A stretch of 64,000 bases of DNA from Euprymna scolopes. Taxonomy: Eukaryota. A model generated the notes under the pieces. It searched no databases, was not told the origin of the DNA, and saw nothing but the letters and a program-made list of their open reading frames with translations. The number at the start of each line of letters is the position of its first letter. The first letter of the stretch is position 1. Location of the stretch: the NCBI GenBank assembly GCA_053919585.1, contig CM132796.1. One strand, given 5' to 3'. Of the stretch, positions 51,701 to 63,319 are shown one piece after another. The translations under genes and the position numbers were made by a program.

Positions 51701-53210
51701 TTTTGCAGAGGGAATTAGTTTTACAACCATATCTAAAAAAAAAAAAGTCTTACCTTCTTCGGTTTTTAGCTCTAGACAGAGTTTTCAGCGACAAAACTTA
51801 ATTATAAACACATCTTCTCGTTCTGTCGGATATCTAGACCGTGTGTTGAGGAAAATCATTTTTGACAAGCATGCACCAGTAAGAACAGCAAAATAATTAT
51901 CAAATGTACCAAAATGTTAATCGAATAAAATCATAAACGGAACAGACCCCATCCATGAGAAAGTTGAAATTGTCAGAAAGAAATAAAAAAAAATATTATT
52001 ATTTATATTACCAAGTAGTATCCGCTTTGATTGTAAGGCACCTGCCTGTGTCGTATCGCCACGTTTTACTTGCTTTATGCACTTGTACCACATTAAATAT
52101 ATATCACCGATCAAGTCAATTAGCAGCAAAATCATTCGTTTTCACCCTCAACGTAACCAAGCCTAACATGCCCGACTAGCATCAAAATCGACTCTTCTTG
52201 GAAGAGATCTCTAGATGCTGGATGATTTTTTACTTGGGAAGTTTGCCTTTGGGATTTATTTCCTTCTCGCTGTTATCCAGACCGAACAAATATGCAGAAA
52301 TTTGAATGTAATGCGGGAACAACTTTCTGATTAAAATTCCACTCATGTTGTACCACCATATAAATCTGGGCTCTATCACAGTAGCCTCGTAGATTTTGAG
52401 TGGTAATATGTTTTGCTTGAGGTGAAAAAAAAAACAACTAAAAAGCATACTTTACTAAAATAATAATTTGAAAGAAAAAAAAAAGAAATAAATAAAAAGA
52501 CTGCCGAGCAATTTCAGATAAGTAGTGCTCGTTGCAAATTAAAAAAAAAAAAATAAAACCCTGTCGTGTCTAAACCGAATAAAGCGGGCAAAGCACCGAG
52601 AAAGATAAAAAAAAAAACAGCATATGCAGATAATAAACGGAGAAGTAAAAGTACAAAAGAAGAAGATGAAACAATGAAAAGAAGAGACGGAAAGTAAACA
52701 TTACGAACAGGACACGTTCTTGCCACGACACTCGTTCAACTAGAAAGATGCGGCTCTTTTTGTTGTTCACGTTGATTATGTTGTGTTCATTGCCGTTATA
52801 ATCGTTGAAAGAGGAGAACCTCGTCGGAAATACTGGGGAAATTAGTGAAAGAAAAACTAAACAAATCCAATAAATCTACAGAGAGAAAATTGCTTCGATG
52901 TTGAAAAACGACGCTCAATTTCTGCCGAGGCAAATCGCAATAACATCGTTCTGAATTGGGGCCATTATATCAATATATAAGTAAATAATGCGTCAAGTTT
53001 TATTTATCNNNNNNNNNNNNNNNNNNNNNNNNNNNNNNNNNNNNNNNNNNNNNNNNNNNNNNNNNNNNNNNNNNNNNNNNNNNNNNNNNNNNNNNNNNNN
53101 NNNNNNNNNNNNNNNNNNNNNNNNNNNNNNNNNNNNNNNNNNNNNNNNNNNNNNNNNNNNNNNNNNNNNNNNNNNNNNNNNNNNNNNNNNNNNNNNNNNN
53201 NNNNNNNNNN

Positions 53211-53704
53211 TTGCTCGGCGTTTCCCGGTCGTAAAATACGTTTAAATAAGATATTTTAATTCACACAGATTACATATTAAATATTATACAGCCCATTCTC
53301 TATTGATTATTATATCTTACCCAATATATATTACTGATTTTAAAATTGAAAAAAAGTGACCTATGTGCTATCAGCTAGAATCGAAAGTAAAACATTTAGC
53401 TTTGCAGCATTAGTTGTTACTGTTTGAGCTATCATCAGGCAGATAAGAATTAAGTACAAGTAAACCGACTTTAACATATAAACGTATAATTGCGCATGCG
53501 TCCAAGAGCACTTTAAGACGACTTGTGCCTTCCAAGTTCAAATGTTATTTCCATGTTGAAGCCTTAGCCGTTATTTTTACCGGCTAATGAACTTTAACAG
53601 AACGGACCACAAAAATGCAATCATCTGACCTTGTGTCTCGTAAGTGATATAGTTTGAAAAAATGGAGACTACACACACACACATAATGAGTTTTATAAAT
53701 TAGA
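53211..53704 (-). mobile_element. Non-autonomous Helitron (paralog of 19127-19616); another Helitron 3' end starts at 53720
   Basis: CGGCGTTTCCCGGTCGTAAAATA and the shared internal motif; minus-strand 5' TCTAATTTATAAAA then (TG)n. Confidence 0.65.
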
Positions 53705-55047
53705 TTGCATTTATATATGCTAACAGGTCCCGTGTCTCGGCGTTGCCCGAACAGAAAGTAAATGTATGATTTCATTATAAAAACAATCGTAAAATATTTT
53801 AGGTTTATAAATGGGGGATCACTGTGTGCGGATTTAGTTATATTTGTTTCTATTCTTTTACACAATACTGACAGAAGTAAACCAACTTTGCAAGCTATAA
53901 GTTTGATTAAGGTTAGGTTAGAGCTAGTTTCGATTTATGTTAGGGTCAGTTTAATTTTAGCTTACTTTAGGGTAAATATGAAAAAAAGAAACTTCGGTCC
54001 ATGTTGTGCAGATTGTTTGGTAAACTTTGTTAAGGGTCTTCATCGCTACTTTTACTTAGCCAAACACGGGTATTTTCTATCATGTTTTTGTCAAGTGGTC
54101 GCAAATATCAGACTCGAGAAAACATTCCTTATTTTACATCATATTACTAACAAAAATTTGTAAATAACATCAATATTTAAAAAATACTTACTCCACTTCA
54201 TAAAAGTATATTTTGTTAATTGTAACGACTACTTTTTTTTGTTTTTTATATACATTCTTATCACGTCACGAAGTTCTCGCATTTTATTTTTTTAAAGTTT
54301 TTTTTTTATTTTTTAAATAATGAACTTCTATATTAATTCTTGAAAGTTGCCATCGTAAGAAAAACTTGTAATAAAGACTTGTAATAAAGACGAAAAGTTG
54401 ATGAATATATAAACATTTTTGTATCATATACATGTGTGTTCTGTACGAACGTACAAAGTTCTTTGTGGATATATGCGCATGAGTAAGTTCGTAAATAGTA
54501 GAGTTTACTAGAAGCTATGACAATCAGTTTTAGATTATTAAATCAATATAGATTAAATTAAATCTCTTATACCTGACACGCTGTTCAACGTTATATGCAT
54601 TATTTGCTAGGTGTATAGAACAGAACGTGTTCTAAAAAATCACGTTTATTAAAAACAAATGTTCGTACATGGATCTATATTGAACCGAACATTTTACGCA
54701 TGTCAACATAAACATATGTACGCAAGTAAATAAGCATATGTGGGGCCCGTCATAAGAAGCTATATGATTTTATTACAACATAATACATACTACATGAAAG
54801 AAAGAAATAACTATAAGGAAACAACAAAGATTTTCAACATCGTTTATCAAAACACTCGTTAAGGCCCCGGGAGCTCTCCATGGGGTTCAATTAACTTTGC
54901 TAATCTTTCAGCAACCGAACGGCATACTTTGGTGGAAAATACAACCGGCACTTGGGCAATGGCATCTCGAATGTGTTATAATATAAGCTAAAGGAAATAT
55001 CCCATTTCTAATGACGTGCAAGATCGAAGCAATATTTAAGCATCCAA

Positions 55048-55068
55048 ATAAATTAAAACAAGAGTATA

Positions 55069-55107
<39 letters not shown>

Positions 55108-55177
55108 TGAAACAAGAGAATATATATATATATAAATTAAAACAAGAGAATATATATATATATAAATTAAAATAAGA

Positions 55178-55230
<53 letters not shown>
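55048..55230. repeat. Compound minisatellite [AAATTAAAACAAGAGAA(TA)n] x4
   Basis: Read directly from sequence. Confidence 0.9.
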
Positions 55231-55232
<2 letters not shown>

Positions 55233-55812
55233 GAAATAAGAATTACAGTTAAGTTTACCAAAATGATCCTAGATGGCAAAACTAAAGTAAATTATAAATA
55301 TTAAAGAATTAATATTTATACAGTAATCTCAACCAGATGTACAAGATCGATAAAACCAAATAGGAGATAGAGCTTATAATATTATTGAATTAAGCCTCGC
55401 CCCGACAGTCGAGTTTTACATTTATTCCATGTGTGTGTTTTTACGCACATTTTATCTTTCTTTTAATAATATTATTGGAATTCATTTCCATTTCCTTGTA
55501 CCTATTTGTGAATTATTCCACGAAATTCTTCCTTTTGGATTATTTTGGATCATCTTCCAATCATGCGATTCCCTTGAAATTTACTTGTGCAAATGGAAAT
55601 TTAACTAATTTTTTTGGATTCTGCATTTTTGGATTTAACCGTCATTTGATACTTTACCCTTCACCAGACTATCAATTCACATGAAATCACTTTTTATTCA
55701 CCCTATTGCCTCTGCTTAATTTTTTGTTATCAAGTAAGATCTATGGCTTACTTGTAGTTTCATCAAATACTTTTGCAAGCAAAATCCGATCCTGCATTTT
55801 GCTAAATCCTAC

Positions 55813-55858
55813 CCTCTGATGAGAAGGAAGTATTTCCTCAAAACTCCGCGGATTAAGG
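55813..55858 (+). ncRNA. Degenerate minimal hammerhead ribozyme
   Basis: CCT-CTGATGA-GAAGGAA-GTAT-TTCCTC-AAAA-CTCCGCGGAT-TA-AGG; G12>A; near-palindromic stem/loop III. Confidence 0.6.
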
Positions 55859-55949
55859 ACTATCCACTTATTTAGTGTTTCCTTTTTAAAATTAAATATG
55901 TTTTAACTCTTTTTCAAAGTTTTTTAACATGTTTTATTAACTACTTGTT

Positions 55950-55981
<32 letters not shown>

Positions 55982-55982
<1 letters not shown>

Positions 55983-56246
55983 GTTTTATTTTTTATTACC
56001 GCATCTTTCTGTTAAGTTACATTATTGTTTCATCTACCCGGTCGTTTTTTGGCCGTCTGTAGCTTCCTCAGACTTTTACAGAACCCTGTAAAAGTCTGAA
56101 AAAGCTACAGACGGCCAAAAAACGGCCGGGTAGCTGAAACAATAATGTAACTTAACAGAAAGATACGGTAATAAAAAATAAAACGCATATTTGCTCTACA
56201 ACAGTATTGAGCACTTTCTTCAGTTTTTATTAATTACCATTTCTAC

Positions 56247-56250
<4 letters not shown>
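55982..56250. mobile_element. Palindromic double-hammerhead element between (TA)n tracts
   Basis: 100-bp arms (5 mismatches) around a 4-nt loop; HHR 56014-56075(-) with intact CUGAGGA/GAAA/GUA and 56092-56153(+) with CUGAAAA; tail GTATTGAGCACTTTC at ~56204. Confidence 0.85.
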
Positions 56251-56314
<64 letters not shown>

Positions 56315-56624
56315 CTTAAGACAGACTCTGTATGAATGCAACGAAGTCTGTGAGTAGGGATGTAAATGAGCATATATTTCCTTCTAAGAAGCGGCATTTA
56401 TTTGTATGTCAAGAGAAGTATGTATTAGTACAGAAAGAAATGCATAATACAGAATAAACAATGGAGACATAAATAAATTGGTGGATCAATTGGAAAAAGT
56501 TGATAAGAAATAAGAATTTGAATTCAAAGATTGAAATGTGAAATATTCAATACGAACTAAGATAATGGATAATGGAAAAAATACAACAGAAATAGATAGC
56601 TACGCTCAACCAAATATTAACGAA

Positions 56625-56711
<87 letters not shown>

Positions 56712-56929
56712 TATGTTTTTTTTTTGGGGGGGGGGGTACTCAGGCACTTATTGATCCATGCTGAAATAATGACGTTATTATTTAGAAAGCCATTCTTAAC
56801 ATGGGGACGGAAGGGTGTTGTGCAACTATTCTTTACTTTCATCTAACAATTTAATAAAAGCAGATATCATAAAACTTTAATTAAACTTGAAAATACTATT
56901 TAAGAAATAGCGCGGGTCAATAAGTGCAC

Positions 56930-57297
56930 TAGCCATATTTTTTTAATGAATTCAATTATTTATACGAACGTGCATTTTTACCTAAATGCGAGTTGGGAAT
57001 AATTTTCCCTTTTACCAATTTGGTACCCACAAATGGGCAGCGGCATATGTATTGTTTTTAAAATGAAATTATCCACTGATACCTATTTTGTCGTCTGAGA
57101 CTCATCAGTGACTGAATCTAGCGAGATTCGAAATCTGGACCTCATGATAAGAAACCTAAACCTCTTCCACTGGGATATCTCGCACGACTACTAAAGTATC
57201 GCGTTTTTACGCAGATGTTGTTTATTTGTTTTTGTTAGCGATACTTTTTGAATGAATTCAATTATTTATACGAAAGTGCATTTTTATCTAAATGCGA
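56930..57297 (-). mobile_element. ~306-bp tRNA-head + HHR monomer with ~60-bp terminal direct repeat
   Basis: Direct repeats 56930-56991 and 57236-57297 containing AAATGCAC(T/G)T on minus; A box TATCCCAGTGG, B box GATTTCGAATCT, then CTGATGA-GTC-TCAGAC-GAC-AAAA-TAGGTA. Confidence 0.65.
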
Positions 57298-57630
57298 CTT
57301 CTAAAAGTTTCATAATTAAAAAAGAAAATTCATGTATATAAGGATAAAACATTTTTTTAAACTAAAATTGTTAAATAGAAATAGACTAAGCACTTGCATA
57401 CGCCGATTTTTCAAAAGTCTTCAATTATAAAAGAGAATTTAATTATATAAGGATGAAAAAAGAAAAACCTTAACTAAAACTTCGTAAATAGAAAACGGGG
57501 ATCCTCAGCTGCTTACCATGTAGTTTTTTTTTCGGAGATTTAAAAACAGGGCAGCTGTTAAATACATGAATCTCCAGTGGATAATACCACTTCCCCAATA
57601 AGAAAATGGAGAATAATACGGTTATATATA

Positions 57631-57779
57631 CAGGGTTGCGGAGTTGGATCGTGAAAGTCCGACTCCGACACCGACTCCTTGAACTCCTAGAATGCCGACT
57701 CCGACTCCGACGGCGATTCCTTTGATATCTTAAACTCCCACTCCGACTCCCGACCTCGAATTCCGACTCCTTGATCCCC
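57631..57779. mobile_element. hAT-type MITE with (CCGACT)n subterminal repeats
   Basis: Begins CAGGGTTGCGGAGT.GGA; multiple CCGACTCC units; right TIR degenerate. Confidence 0.6.
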
Positions 57780-57930
57780 ATGTGGAAATCTATTCTGCAG
57801 ATCCATATACCAGCCCCCCCACACCAATTCAGCATGCATTTTATAATTACTTTTCATGTACATCAGTTTTTATATTTAACATTCACTTGTATGATAAATA
57901 TACTCACATATACACTCAACCAGCTCTATT

Positions 57931-59400
57931 CATTTATTTATTTATTTATTTATTTAACGTTAACTCATAACAAGGCATATCCCCACTTGGACGAAAACGG
58001 CTACTTTTTGGGGCCATGTCTCGGAAAGATTAGCAAGATGTCGGTTGTTGTTACATTTAAACGTCTACATATCAGTATAACCAGGAAAGCAGGTAGTAGG
58101 AAGGGAATTCCAAAATCTAGCTGTTCAAGGGAAGAGACTATTAGAATAGAAAGCTTTCTGGCATCTAGGGACATCAACAGTGAAAGGGTGAGATCTTATT
58201 GCTGAAAGGGTTTGTCGGGGATATGTACGGGGTACAAGTGCAATGAGTTCATCAGAACACATTCCATTAAAACAGGTACAGAGATGCAACATTGTGATGA
58301 TAAGACAAGAGTTGGAGCTTAGTTGATAAAGTAGGAGAGTAGATTGACAATTCTTTTTTGGAACCTATCCAAAATGGAGAGGCTAGTGGTAGATGCACCA
58401 GCCCAGATGTGGCAGCAATACTCCATGCATGAGCGAATGGTGGCCTTGTAGAGGTACGGGATACTCTAAGGTGTGGATAGTCTTCCAGCTCAATAGAGGG
58501 AACCCACCATCTTTGCAGCAGTCTTTGCAATGCCCTCTATGTATTTGTTCCAGTTCATATAGCCCACAAATTAAAATATGGTAAAATAGTCCCAAAAGAG
58601 GAGTTTGAAGGTAGAATTCTCAGGTAGGGTGTTATTTTTCATCGATATAGGCGGTTCGAGATGTGTCTTGTAATTGTTAAAGGAGAGCAACTTAGTTTTC
58701 CTAGCATTAAATGTTACCATCAATCTGTGTCCCCATTCAACTATGGTCTGGAAGTCATTTTCTAATGATTTTGCCATTGTCTTAGATTTATGTACATTTG
58801 TTCTTCCCTAATGCATGTTATAGAGTATTGTATCATCAGCAAATATACCCATCTCGGACACAATATTATTAGGGGGGTTGTTTTTGAATATCAGGAATAA
58901 TAATGGTCCAAGGGTCGACTCCTGAGACACTTCTACATTAATGTTATGCTGCTTGGATGTATGTCCATCAATGACAACCTGGTGCTTTTATTGTCTAAGA
59001 TGGATCTAATTATATTTAGTATACATCCAGTTATTACGTATGGTTTCATTTTCATTAGCAGCTCTTTGTGTCAGACTTTATCAAAGGCCTTGGGTGTATC
59101 AAGGGCTACAGCTGTGGCTCCACCCGCTTTATCCAGTACATGGTAAATGCATTCACAGATGAATGTTAAAATATATGCAGTAGAACGACATTGCCTGAAT
59201 CCATACTGTTTGTCAGAAAGAAGGTTTGCTTTTGCGAGATGGTAAATTAGTGTTTGATTAATTATCTCAAAGATTTAGTGAAGAGGGGGAAGAGATTAAT
59301 GGGGCGATAATTGAGAGAGTTTGTTCTTTCATCAGAATCCCTGTATATTGGTACCACAGAGGCCATCTTCCAGCTATTAGGGAAGCAAGATTCAACCAGA
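57931..59400 (-). mobile_element. LINE family B, 5'-truncated and decayed
   Basis: ESCFPNSWKMASVVPIY..NYRPI, KQYGFR, ALD..KAFDKV, FADDT, EWGHRLMVTFNARKTK; (TAAA)n tail. Confidence 0.92.
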
Positions 59401-60883
59401 ACTAATTCCCATACAAAGCTGCTTAAACGTTGTCTTAAAGAGAATTGCTTCCCAACACCCTGGAAAACCTCACCAGTGTGTCCTGTATTTATAAATTCAG
59501 GTTATTGGTAATCTTCCTCTTAGTACAGACCAAGAAATCTCCTGTGCGTCATGAGTAAGTTGCTGGCATCCATGTTAAACGAAGAAGTAGTTAACCATCT
59601 CAGTAAAAATAACCCTCTTAGTAACATGCAATATGGTTTCTGTTCTTCTAGATCTACAGCAGATGTGGTAATGGTTATATCTCATAGGATTAGCGAATCT
59701 CTCAATGGAGCCTTCCCTTCTAGGGCAATTGCTCTGGACATACCAAAGACCTTTGATAGGGTATGGCATAAAGGCCTACTTCACAAGATCTCCAGCTACG
59801 GTATAGCTGGAAATGTTTTCTCAATTATTAAATCATTTCTCTCTGATAGGTTCAAAAGAGTAGTGGTTGATGGGCAGAAATCAGAAGCTCAAAGTATTAA
59901 TGCCAGAGTCCCTCAGAGGCCCATCTTTGACCCAACTCTCTTACTAATCTACATCAATGATCTTTTAAATCACATCCTAAGATTATTCGAAGACATTTAT
60001 GCTGATGACATTACCATCTATGGTCACACAGCAAAGGTCGTAAATGAGCAAGTTCTCTGTGATTCTCTCCTCTCTGATCTGGAACATGTGGTACAATGGG
60101 GAAAGAAGTGGATGGTTAATTTTCATGCATCTAAAACCAAGCTTCTATATTTATATCATCAACGTTCTGACCTCCTATCTGGCATCAATTGAAATGGATG
60201 GCTATCGTCTTGGGGAGGCTCTATGTTTTGACAAGCTTCTGGGTTGGAAAAATGGTGGGATCCTTCTAACGCTCCAGTAGATATCTCACTACTGATGCAA
60301 TTCTCTACCTAAGTAAAAATCAGGTACATCCACAGATGGAGTACTGTTACCACATCTAGGCGGAAGCTGCTGGAAAACTCTTATCATGCTTCGACAAAGT
60401 TCAAATAGACTTTGTAACTTGGTGGGGGTGCCCTTTTCTCTTCCCTTCAACTTCTTTCCCACAGAAGAGACGTTACGAGCCTGTCTTTACTCTAGCACTA
60501 TTTTCATGGCAGGTGCCTGTCTGAGCTCCAATCAATTTTCATGAAAAACACTCGTCTATCTGAAACCACTATCAATAATTTCCCCCACTCTTTTTCTGTG
60601 CCTACTCCTAAATGTACATTCCATGAATAAAGCTTCTTTCTTAGAACTACACGCCTGTGGAACTATCTTCTATTTCTTTGCTTTCCAGCTGACTACAATT
60701 TGATCACATTCAAGTCCAACATAAAAAATTCTTGATAAGCCATCGCCTTAAGTAATCCAGTTTACCAAATTTCCACTACTAACGATTACTAAGATATTGA
60801 GCCATTGACTTGTGTACACTCATTAACCATTATTCTCGAGTGACCTTTGGGCCTTGATAAGTGGTGACTCCTATGTAAAAAAA
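59401..60883 (+). mobile_element. LINE family A, 5'-truncated RT with 3'UTR and poly(A)
   Basis: ORF 59551-60192: QYGFCSSRST, ALDIPKTFDRVWHKGLL, VPQ..I..PTLLLIYINDL, YADDIT. Confidence 0.95.
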
Positions 60884-61029
60884 GGAAAAAGCTATAAAGG
60901 GTTATAGTGCCATAAGTTGCTTCTTATTTATTTATGTCCGTTATTTTTCGTGGTGGGGGAGATAAGATTGTAATTTCGGATTGATCCCGGACTAACCCAA
61001 TTGCCAAATTCCATTTGATTCAGTAACTG

Positions 61030-62490
61030 GATAACTTTCGGATTACAATCCGATTGTTGTCCAATGTAATCTACAGTGATCCCACTCAAAGACAGATTGA
61101 CTTTCATTGATCTTGTGTGACATCACAACCAAAACGAAAACAGCTGTCCAGACAGGATTTGCAGTGATCTGACAGACCGAAATATCTTGATGAAGTGGAA
61201 GCATTACAGTACAGTACAAAGTATGAGATATCTCCAAAAATAATAGCAAAACAATACAAAAACTGCTAAAGTGTGCAACCTACTTATTAGGTTATGTTAT
61301 TGCTTATTCACTAAACCTGTTTTCCTGCTCTTATTTACTGATACTGCTTCCCTCTTTTGGAAATCATAATTTCTCATTCTATGATTAAGTGTAATGTTTA
61401 AATATAAGGCCTGTACTGGCCACGTGTATATTGTTACTGATGTATGTTACTAAAATAACTGGCACAAATGTTATTTCTAAATGTCTGCTTTAAAGGGATA
61501 ATGCTTTGCCTCCAAGATGCCTTCCTGTCTGTTTTGCATGATAAACATTAAAAATCCTTATACTCTTAAGTCCTCTCCAAATCCTTGTATAGTAATGCTG
61601 TATTCTTTTAAGATATATCATCTCTCCTGTTTCAACTGGACAAAACACAAATTGGTCTTATCCTCAAGCTCATATAAAATCACATACTTTGCACGTACCT
61701 TGAAAGAGGGTTCAGCTTCGGACCCTAAACTTAAGTAGGCTGACCTTTTCAAAATCGATAAATACTAAACATCTATAGATTTCTATTGCTAAGGGATGCA
61801 TTAGCTTAACCTATATTTATACTCTATAGAATATCTATAAAATAGATAACTAATAGCTACAGTGTGTTTCCAGATTATAAGTGATCTATATTAACTAGCA
61901 ACTATATCTTTCTTACATTAGATGGGATAAAGTGCTGGTGATTATCTTTACTTGAAAACTAACACCTAAAGCACATTTCTAAACATACTTTAATCCTTAT
62001 ACTATAATTTTTCAATTAGTCACTAATCCACAAACCATTTTTGATCTTTTTTAACCCTAGTAGATATTCACCTTTAATCTATACCCCACACACATGCATA
62101 CCTCCTTTAAAAACGTAACCAATCTTAATCCTAGTCTGAGGAGTATAACTCCAAAGCAGATACCAATTCTTTGATACTAACACTCTCAATCCTAACTATC
62201 CATGCCAGAGCATAAAAATACCTGGTTTTGAAACCAGGTCAAGTGAAAACCCTCTCAGTGCTGATGGACAAGTGGATTTGGTTAAGTCATCCATCTAAGA
62301 TTAGGAAAACTCCGATTTGTAAACCTGTGCCACTGACATCATGCATTTTGGCGCCAAACAGGAGAGGGAGGCCTCCTCATTCTTGGATGACAACCTCCCT
62401 AGAGCTGGTGACTAAACTGCTTATAGAGTAGATAGGCTCTGCCTATCTATACTCCATACCCCTTCTTAGCCTATTAACTAGGGGCAGAAG
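61030..62490 (-). mobile_element. Possible decayed LINE 5' region (5'UTR-like sequence and APE remnant)
   Basis: Minus-strand C.ASTSS..GLSDHC resembles the APE 'SDH' motif at ~61160-61215; the rest cannot be assigned. Confidence 0.35.
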
Positions 62491-63318
62491 TTTTTTTTTT
62501 TACATAGGCATCACCACATTATCAAGGCCAAGAGGCCACTCAAGGATAAGGGTTAAAGAGTGTACAGTAGAAATTGGACAATATAGTAATCATTAGTAAT
62601 CAAAATTTGGTAAATTTGATAACTTATATGGAGCGGCTCATCAAGAACTTATTTACGTTAGACTTGAACACAACCATATTGTAGTCAGCCGGAAAGCAGG
62701 AAAACGGAAGACAATCCCACAGGCGTGCAGTTCTAAGAAAGAAGCTTTGTTCATGGAATCTACGTTTAGGTTTAGGCACAGATAAAGATTGGGGGGAATT
62801 CTTGATAGTGTTTACAGCTAGACGAGTGTTTCTTGTGAAAGTTTGGCGAGGGGGACCATAGATTGAAGCTCAGTCGAACACTTTCCATGAAAATAACGAT
62901 ACATCAGAGACAAACTCGTAACATCTCTTCTGTGAGATAGAGGTTGCAAGGAGGAGAAAAGGACATCTCCTACGAGGCTACGAAGTCTATTTTGAACTTT
63001 ATCAAGGCAGGACAAGTCCTTTCTAGCAGCTCCTGCCCAGATTTGGCAACAGTATTCCATCCTTGGACGTACCTGGCTCTTATATAGATAGAGAATAGCA
63101 TCAGCAGTGAGATATTTACCGGATCGATAGAAAGATCCCACCATTTTTCCAGCGGCCTTGGCAACAGATTTGATGTACGTGTTCCATTTAAGATCAGGAG
63201 TGATGGTCAAGCCCAGAAGCTTGTCAAAACTAGAGGCCTCCTGAAGACGAGAGCCATTCATTTCAATTGATGCCAGATGTGGCTCAGAATGTTGATGATG
63301 TAAAGAGAGAAGCTTGGT
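62491..63318 (-). mobile_element. LINE family A 3' part (relatively young)
   Basis: ORF 62818-63336 (LYLYKSQVRPRMEYCCQIW, HRRDVTSLSLMYRYF); 3'UTR; poly(T) at 62491. Confidence 0.95.
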
Positions 63319-63319
63319 G

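Noticed and set aside
55048-55230. Regularly spaced 17-bp repeats
   Set aside because: Spacers are pure (TA)n; this is a slippage-derived minisatellite.
57470-57835. RS-rich ORF resembling an SR protein
   Set aside because: Translation of the (CCGACT)n repeats of a MITE.
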